Shown piece by piece: positions 1 through 9,832 of a stretch of DNA of 64,000 nucleotides; positions within the stretch are counted from its first letter, which is position 1; each line of letters opens with the position of its first letter. Source of the DNA: Puia sp. (GTDB lineage Bacteria; Bacteroidota; Bacteroidia; Chitinophagales; Chitinophagaceae). The notes below the pieces were generated by a model that was not told the origin of the DNA, searched no databases, and saw only the letters and a program-made list of their open reading frames with translations. The translations under genes and the position numbers were made by a program. The stretch lies in assembly GCA_036394375.1 (NCBI GenBank), contig DASWFF010000132.1, positions 210,333-274,332 on the forward strand. Reading direction: 5' to 3'.

Positions 1-2
1 GC

Positions 3-1775
3 GGTAGCGGCTACCTGAATAACAGCAACCTGCTAGCAGGTAATATGGAATATGTGGTAGCCTCCAACAGCGTCCCTTTAATAGGAGGCACCGTCAATCT
101 CGTTTCCCCTTTAGTCAATAGTTATAGGAGTACTCCATTCGGAACGGACGGACAATATACTTATCAGGTCGTCCGGGTTCCCATCTATTATAATGTGAAA
201 CTGACCGGGGCGATTATTGCGCCCCGTTGGAACGGGGCGGTCGGAGGGATGGTTGTCCTTTATGCTACGGATAGCATTCTACTCAACTCACAGTCGATCG
301 ATGCCTCCGGCCTGGGATTCCGGGGCGGGGGAGGAAGGGTCTTTGTCGGTGCGGGTTCAGGTTCAAACACGGATTATATTACTGCGTCCGTAATAAATGC
401 TAACGGTAGTAAAGGGGAGGGCATTGCCGGCACTCCTAAATACCTGAATGATAACAACGCTTTTTTAGACGTATCCGCCACAGAAGGATACCCAAACGGA
501 AGCTACGCGAGAGGCGCCCCCGGCAATGCCGGTGGGGGGGCTACAGACGGAAACCCATCGAATAATGCTGAGAATACGGGAGGGGGTGGTGGTGCGAACG
601 GGGGCGCCGGGGGGAACGGAGGGAATTCATGGAGCTCCAACCTTCCTTACGGAGGAAAGCCGGGAGCTCTTTTTGCCCAGGCCTCTCCTTCCCGCCTGGT
701 GATGGGCGGCGGCGGTGGCGCCGGTACGACGAATGATGGTACGGGTACGCCCGGTGGCGGTTTTGCCAGCAGCGGCGCCGCCGGTGGCGGTATTATCATT
801 CTAATGGCCAATGTGATCGGCGGCACCGGTACCATCAAGGCCAACGGCATGACTGCCAATAGTTCGGTCCTTAATGACGGCGCCGGCGGCGGTGGCGCCG
901 GAGGTAGTATATTGCTCTTTTCAAAAACGGGTACTCTCAGTACCGTTACGGTCAGCGCCAAAGGCGGGACCGGTGGTAGTAACGAAATGGCGGGGGGGCC
1001 GTTAAGCCCTTCACACGGGCCCGGCGGCGGCGGTGGCGGCGGCGTTATTTATTCCAATGCTACGCTGAATGTAGCCAGCTCTGTTATCGCTGGAGTAGCC
1101 GGCACTACGAGTGGCCGTACCATTAATTACGGTGCAACAGGTGGCGCCGCCGGGCTGCTCTCTCAGACCATCACGCAACCCCAGGCTCCGAAATTCCCTC
1201 TTAACTGCGTCATTTTACCCGTGAGCTTCCTGGATGTGACCGCAGTGCAGGAAAATAGCCTGGTGACCGTCGGCTGGGATGTATCAAACGAAGTCAATAC
1301 CCAGGAATACCTCGTGGAGAAAAGCCTGGATGGGATCCATTTTACTACGATCGGTCAGATAGCCCGTAATATGAGCGCGACCAACGGGACACATTATGAA
1401 TACCTGGATAATAGCGCCTTTAACCCGGGCGCGGTAGGGTACTATCGTATCGAAGAAGTAGACGTCTCCGGCCAGTCGATGTACAGTAAGATCGTTTCCG
1501 TGCGGGTCGGCGGGATTGCAGGTAAACTGGCTGTCTATCCCAACCCGACGAAAGGGTCTGCCAAGGTAAGCTTTGTCTCTCCGACGCAGGGCGCTATCAG
1601 CCTCCGGTTATTCGACCTGAAGGGTTGCGTGGTCTGGCAGCAACAATATCAGACCACTACCGGCCAGAATACGATACAGCTGGATAACTTCCGGATGATC
1701 CCTGACGGCATGTATATCTTACAGTGGTTCGATGGTCTGAAGCCGGAGCAGACAAAGCTGGTGGTGAACCATTAA
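3..1775 (+). CDS. Glycine-rich secreted surface protein with T9SS C-terminal sorting domain (5'-partial, frame open to window edge)
   Basis: No stop codon between nt 3 and the first ATG at 45. Long GGxGG/GGAGG runs alternate with hydrophobic strand-like segments (GGIIILMANVIGGTGTIKANG, GGSILLFSKTGTL). The C-terminus has an Ig/FN3-like module (VTVGWDVSNEVNTQEYLVEKSLDG) followed by a Por-type CTD (LAVYPNPTKGSAKVSF...MYILQW). A strong terminator follows. Confidence 0.8.
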   Translation, partial: GSGYLNNSNLLAGNMEYVVASNSVPLIGGTVNLVSPLVNSYRSTPFGTDGQYTYQVVRVPIYYNVKLTGAIIAPRWNGAVGGMVVLYATDSILLNSQSIDASGLGFRGGGGRVFVGAGSGSNTDYITASVINANGSKGEGIAGTPKYLNDNNAFLDVSATEGYPNGSYARGAPGNAGGGATDGNPSNNAENTGGGGGANGGAGGNGGNSWSSNLPYGGKPGALFAQASPSRLVMGGGGGAGTTNDGTGTPGGGFASSGAAGGGIIILMANVIGGTGTIKANGMTANSSVLNDGAGGGGAGGSILLFSKTGTLSTVTVSAKGGTGGSNEMAGGPLSPSHGPGGGGGGGVIYSNATLNVASSVIAGVAGTTSGRTINYGATGGAAGLLSQTITQPQAPKFPLNCVILPVSFLDVTAVQENSLVTVGWDVSNEVNTQEYLVEKSLDGIHFTTIGQIARNMSATNGTHYEYLDNSAFNPGAVGYYRIEEVDVSGQSMYSKIVSVRVGGIAGKLAVYPNPTKGSAKVSFVSPTQGAISLRLFDLKGCVVWQQQYQTTTGQNTIQLDNFRMIPDGMYILQWFDGLKPEQTKLVVNH

Positions 1776-1805
1776 GGCAGACAGTATTCATTTCGATATA
1801 AGGGA

Positions 1806-1842
1806 CCCGGGAGAATGTGGATCACGTTCTCCCGGGTTTTTT
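1806..1842 (+). terminator. Rho-independent terminator after the glycine-rich T9SS cargo gene
   Basis: Perfect 10-bp stem CCCGGGAGAA / TTCTCCCGGG (1806-1815 / 1827-1836) followed by TTTTTT (1837-1842). Confidence 0.85.
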
Positions 1843-2656
1843 GTTGCAGGAATGCTTTGTTTACCTGCTGTTCATCAGGCACAAACCCGGTACCCCCGGC
1901 AATATATTCCCGTCGCCGGTAAGAAAATGGCCTACGAAAGTTTTGGACTTACCGCCCGCCGGCATAGGGTATGATCGGAATGGAGATGGGGATTCAGAAG
2001 AAGACTCCACGGTGCGTACCGATGCGGACCTCGTACAAAGGCTTCACGCTCTTTTAGAGGCCCTTTCTATTTCGCCTCCTTACATACTGATTGGTCATTT
2101 TATGGGCGGCGCCTATATTCGACTGTTCACCTCCCTGTATCCCGGGGAGGTTGCCGGCCTGATCTTCATCGATGGCCCTAACTTTATGATGACGAAGCAG
2201 CAAGATGAAGAGCTCAAAAAATTGTCCCCTGGAGATAAGAGTGCTAACGATTTGGCAATCCATGCGATGGATAGCATAGCGAATGACACGTTACAGGGTT
2301 CCCGTGTACGGCATCGTTCGAGGCGGTTGGCTTCCTTCTTCCGGACAGGCATTTTCCGCGAATATGATTCCCTTGCCCCGCTTCCCGATATCCCGGTTGG
2401 CGTGCTGATTGCTTAGAATAAAAGCTTCGGCAGCTCCCCGCAGCTCACTCCTGTTGATCTGGCAAGGATCAATATGCAGTATCAGTTCGAAATTCTGGAT
2501 TATGCAGCCATGATTGCAAACAACCATAATAGTGAAATGATTCTGCTTCCAGGATATGCTCATATGATCCATAAACAGGATCCGGACCTGGTGGTTTCCG
2601 TAATCAACCGCGTCTATCAAAATGCCCTGAAGAGGAGGACCCCTGTAAAAAAATGA
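1817..2656 (+). pseudogene. Decayed alpha/beta-hydrolase gene
   Basis: ORFs 1817-2416 and 2474-2656 are in the same frame, separated by an in-frame TAG at 2414-2416. The nucleophile elbow reads GHFMGG (TTT at 2099-2101) instead of G-H-S-M-G-G. The downstream piece carries the C-terminal LLPGYAHMIHKQDP catalytic-His region. The N-terminus lacks a recognisable HG oxyanion motif and overlaps the upstream terminator. Confidence 0.65.
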
Positions 2657-2692
2657 TAGATTATCGTTCTGTCGCCTATGGGGACAAACAGA

Positions 2693-2714
2693 GGCCCCCA
2701 TAGAAATGGGGGCC
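2693..2714. terminator. Hairpin between convergent genes (bidirectional terminator candidate)
   Basis: GGCCCCCAT-AGAA-ATGGGGGCC, a perfect 9-bp stem lying between the hydrolase remnant (+) and the T9SS cargo gene (-). Confidence 0.5.
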
Positions 2715-2796
2715 GTACTATTAATTACCTTGTACTATTAACACCTTATATAACTCAGATACCTGTGTATCTTTTATGAAAACAGAATGAAACTCA

Positions 2797-4143
2797 TTAA
2801 GAACGGCTGACCAACAGCTTGCTGGATTCATGCGTACCGTCGGCTGCCGATACCGACAGGATATAAAGACCTGACGCATATTGCTGCAAAGGGAAGGAGA
2901 TCGTCGTCCCGTTGCCGGCAGCCGCCCTTTTCTCCTGCAGGACCTGGCCGGCCTGATTGATCAGGCGAACCGTTACCTCTGTGCCGGAGGCTTCTCCCAG
3001 AGCGACATTGACATAATCACGCGCAGGATTGGGAAAGAAGCTGATCTTGCTTACCAGAGAGCTGCGGAGCACTTTGATCTCCGTATATCCATAATGACCG
3101 TCCAGGTCCACCATTTTCAACCGGTAGTAGTTAACTCCCGATAAAGGGTTGTTATCCGTGAATGAATAATCTGTTTCCGTGGACGAGTTTCCTTTGGCCT
3201 GTACGGACGCGATCACATTCCAGACATTGCCGTCCTGGCTGCGTTCGATATTAAAATGGCTGAAATTAACTTCCTGTTGCGTGTTCCAGTTCAGGGTGAC
3301 CGTCTTGTCGCTGTTCAGTTCGGCGGTATAGCCGACCAATACCACCGGCAGGGGATTGCCGGGCACCGTTCCCGCGGTACTAAGCGTAGCGGGACCGTAG
3401 AGTAAAGGGCTCGCACAGGCATTAGGATATCCGCTTCCGCAATTTAAGGTGCTATTGGCCGTAGAATAGGAATTCGCACCACCATTGCCGTTGCCATTAT
3501 TATTATAGGTATTGTAATTGGCCCAATTAATAAATTCGTTGTTATCGTTCCCTAAGCTAATGGAAGAGTTTTTATAAATATTCACGGCAGGACCGCTGAC
3601 GGTGAAGCTGGCTTTACTGGTCTGGGATCCGTTGCCTATAACGATCTTGCTGGATTTACTCAGGGTGATCGATGTGCTGCTGCTGCCCGTCGAGACCATC
3701 GTGGAATTGTCGTATAAGTTGATTACGCTGCTAGTCAGATCGACCTGGTAGCTTGTCGTAAAAGAGGAACTATTGTTAAAAGTAAAAGTGGCATTGCTGA
3801 TCGAGAGGGGTGCATTCACGATCACCTGGCTGCTGTTACCATAGACCTGGAAATTGGTCCCGTTAAAAGTAGTAGTGACAGGACTGCTGCCCGTATACTG
3901 GATATTCAGGGTTTGGCTGGTCATAGATAAGGTACCGCCCTGGAAAGTACAATTCTGACAGGTGAAAGACCCATTCAATGTCAGCGTCACGCCCGATGAA
4001 ATATTAATGGTACAATTGGCGCAGGTAGAGGGTAGGGTAGGGGACCAGTTGCTGTTAGAGCTTATATTGTATGTTTGCGCCCGGGCTGTGCTGATAAAAG
4101 CAAGTGTTGCAAGGGCGATCAGGAGGGTAAATTTAGTTTTCAT
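2797..4143 (-). CDS. Secreted Ser/Thr/Asn-rich beta-helix-like protein with T9SS C-terminal sorting domain
   Basis: Signal peptide MKTKFTLLIALATLAFISTARAQ. Degenerate S/T/N-rich strand repeats with CxxC-spaced Cys pairs (CANCTINISSG, CQNCTFQGG). Same Ig-like module as the first gene (VTLNWNTQQEVNFSHFNIERSQDG). CTD FFPNPARDYVNVAL...LYILSV. Confidence 0.85.
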   Translation of the reverse strand: MKTKFTLLIALATLAFISTARAQTYNISSNSNWSPTLPSTCANCTINISSGVTLTLNGSFTCQNCTFQGGTLSMTSQTLNIQYTGSSPVTTTFNGTNFQVYGNSSQVIVNAPLSISNATFTFNNSSSFTTSYQVDLTSSVINLYDNSTMVSTGSSSTSITLSKSSKIVIGNGSQTSKASFTVSGPAVNIYKNSSISLGNDNNEFINWANYNTYNNNGNGNGGANSYSTANSTLNCGSGYPNACASPLLYGPATLSTAGTVPGNPLPVVLVGYTAELNSDKTVTLNWNTQQEVNFSHFNIERSQDGNVWNVIASVQAKGNSSTETDYSFTDNNPLSGVNYYRLKMVDLDGHYGYTEIKVLRSSLVSKISFFPNPARDYVNVALGEASGTEVTVRLINQAGQVLQEKRAAAGNGTTISFPLQQYASGLYILSVSAADGTHESSKLLVSRS

Positions 4144-4313
4144 TTTACGGTCGATTTCAGGTACTTGTTAATAGTGTTCTGCCAGGATAGATGCCAAGCG
4201 AGTGCCACTTTTTTAAGTAACTGAAAATCAAGACGTAATCGAAAATTCGACAATTGGAAATAATCCAATTTCGGGATCATAGTCTCTTTTATGGAATTTT
4301 CCCTTTTGGGAGA

Positions 4314-6932
4314 CTAGGGTTTTTTGGCTGCCAGCTCGCTGATCAGCTCAGCGATCAGGGATGTCCAGCCGGTCTGATGGCTGGCTCCCAGCCCATGACA
4401 GGTATCTCCATGGAAGTATTCATAAAACAGCAGGAGGTGCTGATTGCCGGGGCGCTGGTAAAACCAGTTATATTTCCCGTGCAGGGGCCGCTTGCCGGAG
4501 GCGTCTTTTCCAAAAAGACTTACCACCCGCTGGGTTAACTCATCGGCCACCTGTTCCAGGTTCAGCCTGTTGCCTGAGCCGACAGGGTATTCCACCAGCA
4601 GGCCATCCCCATAAAATTTTCCGAACTGGCGGATCGACTGAATGATAAGATAGTTGATGGGAATCCATACAGGGCCTCTCCAGTTGGAATTGCCGCCAAA
4701 AAAATCCGAGGTCGAGTCGCCCGGATCGTATTTAATATTATAGTCGACCCCTCCTATATTGATGTTATAGGGATGTTGTTCATGGTATTTTGACAAGGCC
4801 CGGATCCCGCCGGAAGAAAGGAATTCCGTTTCATTCAGCAGGCGTTCCAATAAGTACACCACTCTTTTCTGGGGTACCAGGGATAAGAGGGTCTGTTCGC
4901 CATCGCTATGCTCTTCATTCGGCCAATACCGTTTGTTCTTCAGCCGGTAATTTTCAAACCAGCTCATGCGTTTTTTAAAGTCGGTCAGCTTGTGCAGGGT
5001 CTTTTTTTCAATGATGGAAACCGCAAAGAGGGTAGTTAGCCCTACAATGGACTGTATCCGCAATTGCACCGGAGATCCGCCGACTGACAGGGTATCGTAA
5101 AAGAATTTGTCTTCTTCGTTCCACATTCCCTGTTCGTTGAGGGCCTCTGCGATCAGCACAAAATGCTCGAAGAATTTGGTCGCCGTATCCTCGAAGGACT
5201 CATCTTTCATAGCGATCTCCAGGGCCATGTCCATCATGTTCAGGGCATACATGCCCATCCAGCTGGTGCCATCGGCCTGTTCCAGTTGCATATCATTGGA
5301 CAACTGGTGGCTCCGGTTAAATACGCCGATATTATCCAGTCCCAGGAACCCTCCTTCGAACATATTATTTCCGTTAGCGTCTTTGCGGTTGATCCACCAG
5401 GTAAAATTGATCAGTAATTTGAAGAAGATCTTTTTCAGGAATCCGATATCCCCTTTCCCGGTCCGGTCTTTTTCTATCCGGTATACCTGCAGGGCGGCCC
5501 AGGCCTGTACGGGAGGGTTCACATCACTAAAATTCCATTCGTAGGCAGGTATCTGGCCGTCCGGCTTCATGTACCATTCCCGCATAATGAGCAATAGCTG
5601 GTGTTTGGCGAATACCGGGTCCACCAGGGCCATAGAGATGCTCTGAAAAGCAAGATCCCAGGCGGCATACCAGGGATACTCCCATTTGTCCGGCATGGCT
5701 ATGATATCCTGGTTTTTCAGATGTTTCCAATCGTGATTGCGGCCATTGAGTTTTCCCGCATTCACAGGGGAGATCCCATCGCTGGAAGTCAGCCACCTCT
5801 CCACGTCAAAATGATAATACTGCTTGCTCCATAAAAGCCCGGCCAGCGCCTGTCTTTGGACATTCGCCATTTCCGGCGTGATATTCTTCGGAAGGATCGC
5901 ATGGTAAAAAGCGTCCGCTTCTTCTTTGCGATTGGCAAAAATATCTGCCGCGCTGCTGGAAAGAGGGTTTTCTATGATCTTATTGCTCAGGCGCAGATAG
6001 ATGGACTTTGTTTCTCCGGGGCCGATATTGTAGTGGTAGACCGGCGCGAATTTCGTTCCGGATTTCTTTTGTTGCAGCGCCTCCAGGTTGGTCTTGTTAA
6101 TGACGGCGTCATGAAACGCATCTTTTACGAAGGGCGTCTTATTGGGAACCCCGGATACTTTTTCTGTATTGGTCTCATTTTCCGTGAAAAGACAATGTTG
6201 TGCCGGCTGAAAATAAAAGTAATACGGCCCCAGGCGGCTATGGCTTGCTTTTACGGAGGTCTTGTCCCTGCTCGTGATCACCGGTTTTTTCTCCAGCCCG
6301 TCATAGTTCCATCGGTTGTAAAACCATAACGTCGGCAATACGGTAATATCGGCCGCCTTCGTATAGCGGTTGTGAATGTCGATGCGGATTAATATGTCTT
6401 TGGCATTCTGCTTGGCATAGTTGATGTGAACATCGAAGTATTCATTATTGTCGAAGACTCCGGTGTCCAGGATCTCATATTCGGGCTCCTCTTTGGAACG
6501 CCGGCGATTTTCTTCCAGTAAGGTCTTGTAGGGGAATTCCTGTTGAGGATATTTATACAGGTATTCCATGTAATAGTGGGTAGGCGTATTATCCAGGTAA
6601 TAGTAGAGCTCTTTCACATCTTCCCCATGGTTGCCTTCTTTGTTACCCAGGCCGAATAGTCTCTCTTTGAGGATACGATCCTTCCCATTCCATAAAGAGA
6701 CGGCAAAGCAGAGGTTTTGAAAAAAATCGGAGATGCCGGCAATCCCGTCTTCCCCCCAATAATAAGTTCTGCAATGGGCCTGGTCATACGGGAAATAATG
6801 CCAGGCGTCCCCGTTGGCGCTATAATCCTCACGTACTGTACCCCATTGCCTTTCGCTCAAATAGGGGCCCCACTGTTCTAAAGGTATCTTTTTAGCAGCA
6901 TTCACTGCCAGTCTTTGATGTTCTGCCGTCAT
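4314..6932 (-). CDS. GH63-like (MGH1-like) glycoside hydrolase / glucosidase
   Basis: 872-aa ORF. The N-terminal WGPYLSERQWGTVREDYSANGDAWHYFPYDQAHCRTYYWGEDG block and the C-terminal (alpha/alpha)6-type region (FFGGNSNWRGPVWIPINYL, FHGDTCHGLGASHQTGWT) are typical of bacterial GH63-family glucosidases. Confidence 0.7.
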   Translation of the reverse strand: MTAEHQRLAVNAAKKIPLEQWGPYLSERQWGTVREDYSANGDAWHYFPYDQAHCRTYYWGEDGIAGISDFFQNLCFAVSLWNGKDRILKERLFGLGNKEGNHGEDVKELYYYLDNTPTHYYMEYLYKYPQQEFPYKTLLEENRRRSKEEPEYEILDTGVFDNNEYFDVHINYAKQNAKDILIRIDIHNRYTKAADITVLPTLWFYNRWNYDGLEKKPVITSRDKTSVKASHSRLGPYYFYFQPAQHCLFTENETNTEKVSGVPNKTPFVKDAFHDAVINKTNLEALQQKKSGTKFAPVYHYNIGPGETKSIYLRLSNKIIENPLSSSAADIFANRKEEADAFYHAILPKNITPEMANVQRQALAGLLWSKQYYHFDVERWLTSSDGISPVNAGKLNGRNHDWKHLKNQDIIAMPDKWEYPWYAAWDLAFQSISMALVDPVFAKHQLLLIMREWYMKPDGQIPAYEWNFSDVNPPVQAWAALQVYRIEKDRTGKGDIGFLKKIFFKLLINFTWWINRKDANGNNMFEGGFLGLDNIGVFNRSHQLSNDMQLEQADGTSWMGMYALNMMDMALEIAMKDESFEDTATKFFEHFVLIAEALNEQGMWNEEDKFFYDTLSVGGSPVQLRIQSIVGLTTLFAVSIIEKKTLHKLTDFKKRMSWFENYRLKNKRYWPNEEHSDGEQTLLSLVPQKRVVYLLERLLNETEFLSSGGIRALSKYHEQHPYNINIGGVDYNIKYDPGDSTSDFFGGNSNWRGPVWIPINYLIIQSIRQFGKFYGDGLLVEYPVGSGNRLNLEQVADELTQRVVSLFGKDASGKRPLHGKYNWFYQRPGNQHLLLFYEYFHGDTCHGLGASHQTGWTSLIAELISELAAKKP

Positions 6933-7030
6933 GATAGTTGTTGTTCACCAAATAGTTACAAAATCAGTAACAAGGCAAGCAAGCATTAATCCAATTCCAG
7001 ATCGCATTAATCCGAGCCGGGCGGAGTCCG

Positions 7031-7066
7031 GTCGTGAACTTCGGCATCTGGGTCGAAGTTCACGAC
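7031..7066. repeat. 13-bp inverted repeat hairpin (GTCGTGAACTTCG / CGAAGTTCACGAC)
   Basis: Arms at 7031-7043 and 7054-7066 with a 10-nt loop. It sits in a cluster of GAACTT/AAGTTC hexamers (7037, 7056, 7078, 7089, 7184). Confidence 0.6.
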
Positions 7067-7119
7067 ATTTCCGGCGGGAAGTTACTAAGTTCCGGGCTTT
7101 AAATTAAATGTATGCTCGT

Positions 7120-7167
7120 TCCCCGGAAGGATTATATTCCAATTAATCCTTCCGGGGAGTACTTTTT
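7120..7167 (+). terminator. Terminator-like or attenuator-like hairpin in the helicase upstream region
   Basis: 15-bp stem TCCCCGGAAGGATTA / TAATCCTTCCGGGGA (7120-7134 / 7144-7158), then GTAC and TTTTT (7163-7167). No plus-strand gene lies upstream that would need termination. Confidence 0.4.
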
Positions 7168-7231
7168 CAAGGTAAAACTCCGAACTTTAAGGTCAAAAGC
7201 CCAAAAAATACAGTTGTCCACTCATTTACTT

Positions 7232-7239
7232 TACTTTTG
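7232..7239 (+). promoter_or_regulatory. Candidate Bacteroidota -7 promoter box (TAnnTTTG) for the DEAD-box helicase
   Basis: TACTTTTG lies 68 nt upstream of the TTG start at 7307. Confidence 0.35.
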
Positions 7240-7306
7240 AATAATATTTTAACCAACATTACCGGTTCGTTGCTTATCAGGCAGCCGGTTTTTAACAATT
7301 TCTACC

Positions 7307-8536
7307 TTGAATTTTAAAGAATTTGGATTGGATGAAAGCCTTCTCGAAGGTATAGATGCCTCTGGTTATGAAAACGCCACTCCCGTTCAGGAACAGGTAA
7401 TCCCTCTCATATTAGCCGGTAAGGATATTATTGCTTCTGCGCAGACGGGGACCGGTAAAACGGCCGCTTTTCTGTTGCCGATCATCCACAAGCTGCTGGC
7501 ATCCCGGATCGAGGACCAGGTCAATGCCCTGGTCATTGTGCCGACGCGGGAACTGGCTGTACAAATAGCGCAGAACCTGGAAGGGCTTTCTTATTTTACC
7601 CCTATTAGTTCGATCGCCGTATACGGCGGTGGGGACGGCAGTAGCTTCTCGAACGAAAAGCAGGCCCTTTCCAAAGGAGCCGACATTGTCATTTGTACTC
7701 CCGGCAGGATGATCGCCCACCTGAACATGGGTTATGTGAAGCTGAAGGGATTGCATTACCTGGTGCTGGATGAGGCGGACAGGATGCTGGATATGGGATT
7801 TTACGACGATATCATGAAGATCATCTCCTACCTGCCTCCCAAAAGGCAAAACCTGCTTTTTTCCGCAACGATGCCCACGAAGATCCGGGATCTGGCCCGA
7901 AAGATCCTCCATGAGCCCGCGGAAATAAATATCTCTATTTCCAAGCCGCCGGCCAAGATCGTGCAAAATGCCTTTATCGTATATGAAGCACAGAAGATCC
8001 CCCTGGTAAAATGGTTGCTTAAATCCACTGATTTCAAGAGCATTCTTATTTTTTGCTCTAAAAAACATAATGTCAAGCAGCTGACGATGGAACTGAAGCG
8101 CTCGCGTTTTAATGTAAAAGAGATCCATTCGGACCTGGATCAGCAGGGGCGGGAAGATGTCCTGCTGGAATTCAAGAGCAGGAGGCTGCAAATTCTCGTA
8201 GCGACGGACATCTTATCCCGGGGTATCGATATCGACAATATCGACCTGGTGATCAACTACGATGTTCCGAATGACGGGGAAGACTATATACATCGTATCG
8301 GCCGTACAGCCAGGGCTGAGACGGATGGGATGGCTTATACTTTTATCAGTGAGAAAGAGCAAAACAAGTTCCGGGTCATAGAAGAATTATTAGGCAGCCC
8401 TGTGAACAAGATGCCGGTGCCCGAACAATTCGGGCCCTCTCCGGAATACAATCCCCGAAAATCCAGGAGGCCCGGCGGCGGGGGTGGAGGCGGCGGCAGA
8501 AAGTTCAGTCACCAGGGAGGAAAAAGACGTAACTAA
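7307..8536 (+). CDS. DEAD-box ATP-dependent RNA helicase with Gly/Arg-rich C-terminal tail
   Basis: Q motif GYENATPVQ, motif I AQTGTGKT, Ia PTRELA, II DEAD (LDEADRMLDMGF), III SAT, VI HRIGRTAR. Tail SRRPGGGGGGGGRKFSHQGGKRRN. Predicted TTG start. Confidence 0.93.
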   Translation: MNFKEFGLDESLLEGIDASGYENATPVQEQVIPLILAGKDIIASAQTGTGKTAAFLLPIIHKLLASRIEDQVNALVIVPTRELAVQIAQNLEGLSYFTPISSIAVYGGGDGSSFSNEKQALSKGADIVICTPGRMIAHLNMGYVKLKGLHYLVLDEADRMLDMGFYDDIMKIISYLPPKRQNLLFSATMPTKIRDLARKILHEPAEINISISKPPAKIVQNAFIVYEAQKIPLVKWLLKSTDFKSILIFCSKKHNVKQLTMELKRSRFNVKEIHSDLDQQGREDVLLEFKSRRLQILVATDILSRGIDIDNIDLVINYDVPNDGEDYIHRIGRTARAETDGMAYTFISEKEQNKFRVIEELLGSPVNKMPVPEQFGPSPEYNPRKSRRPGGGGGGGGRKFSHQGGKRRN

Positions 8537-8578
8537 GCTTCGAGAGGATCTTTTGCCCGGAAGGGACCTGACGACCCT

Positions 8579-9832
8579 TCATAAAAAGGCCCATCCCAGC
8601 AGCAGACAGAATAATACGATCACGGGAGAAGGAAGCCTGGTGAAGCTTAAAAGGCACCAGGTGCCTGCAATCACCCCTGTATTTAATAACAGGTCCTGCC
8701 ATTTAACGGTGGGAATATCTTTCATCATATAGAAAGCCGCGGCGATCATTACACCCACTACGACCGCATTGATTCCTTCCAGGGCCCTGTATACCGTTGC
8801 ATATTTTTTCAAATTATGCCAGATGGGAAAAAAGAAGAGCACCAGCAAGGCGCTTGGCAGGAATACCCCTGTGGTGGCGATAAAGCATCCCAATACCTGC
8901 ATGGCAGGACCTCTATCTTTCATAGCGATGCCCCCCATGAAGGAGGCAACGGAAAAGACAGGCCCCGGTATCGCCTGGACCATCCCCGCTCCCGAAAAAA
9001 AATCTTCTTTATCGATCCGGATAATATTGGGATTCCGGTGGATCAGCTTTTGTGATTCCGGCCGAACTACGAACTGTTCGTACATCATAGGGATCAGAAC
9101 CTGCCCTCCTCCGAAAACCAGGCTTCCGAACCGATAGGTGTTCTCGAAGAGGTTTAGCGAGGGGCGGCTGGGCCAGTTATTCTTCCGTGACAGTTCGCTA
9201 CCTGCTCCTGCCAGCAGGAAAATAATAGCGAAAAGCCAGATATTGCCCCATTTGATCTTCTTCGGTAATAATTCTTTTTGCGGGATACGGCGGCTGCTCA
9301 GATTGGTGACAAATCCTCCCAAAACAATGAGAATGGGAAAGATCCAGGGCGTTTTGAACAGGAGATAGGTAGCGACGGCGCTGATTACCAGGATAACACG
9401 GGTGATGGTATTATGTATAGAGATCTTAAATGCTTTTTGGGCGGCATAGGCCAGGAAGCCTACGGTCATAGGCGCCACAAAACGGAAGAGTTCGACCGTC
9501 TTCAGGGTTCGCTGGTTGATATAACCTATAAAAAAAGAAAAGCTGCCCATTAAGATACAAGCAGGCAGGGTCCAGATCACCAGGGCCAGCATGGCCAGTA
9601 CTACGCCTCCTCTTTTATAGCCAATGAGGGTGAGGGTCTGCGTGGAAGAAGCTCCGGGCAGCAGTTGACAGAAAGCGTTGTAGTCCATTAATTCTTCTTC
9701 GGTTATATCCCGCCGCTTGTTCACGAATGTCTTCATCATCATGGCAAAATGCGCCTGTGGTCCGCCAAAAGCAGAAATACTATGCAGGAACACTGCTTTC
9801 AGAAAAGCAATATGTCGGAGTAAGATGGTCAA
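8579..9832 (-). CDS. chrA: Chromate transporter (CHR family)
   Basis: Duplicated CHR domains with [11 protein letters not shown] and [11 protein letters not shown] signatures. Polytopic membrane protein. Predicted TTG start. Confidence 0.85.
   Translation of the reverse strand: MTILLRHIAFLKAVFLHSISAFGGPQAHFAMMMKTFVNKRRDITEEELMDYNAFCQLLPGASSTQTLTLIGYKRGGVVLAMLALVIWTLPACILMGSFSFFIGYINQRTLKTVELFRFVAPMTVGFLAYAAQKAFKISIHNTITRVILVISAVATYLLFKTPWIFPILIVLGGFVTNLSSRRIPQKELLPKKIKWGNIWLFAIIFLLAGAGSELSRKNNWPSRPSLNLFENTYRFGSLVFGGGQVLIPMMYEQFVVRPESQKLIHRNPNIIRIDKEDFFSGAGMVQAIPGPVFSVASFMGGIAMKDRGPAMQVLGCFIATTGVFLPSALLVLFFFPIWHNLKKYATVYRALEGINAVVVGVMIAAAFYMMKDIPTVKWQDLLLNTGVIAGTWCLLSFTRLPSPVIVLFCLLLGWAFL

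Noticed and set aside
647-961. 104-aa minus-strand ORF rich in Pro/Ala inside the glycine-rich T9SS cargo gene.
   Set aside because: It is the reverse-complement shadow of GGN-rich codons (GGC/GCC symmetry), with no independent coding signal.
7412-8191. 259-aa minus-strand ORF inside the DEAD-box helicase gene, and a similar 211-aa ORF at 19523-20158 spanning the DUF2480/mgtE ends.
   Set aside because: They overlap well-supported genes on the opposite strand and show no family signatures.
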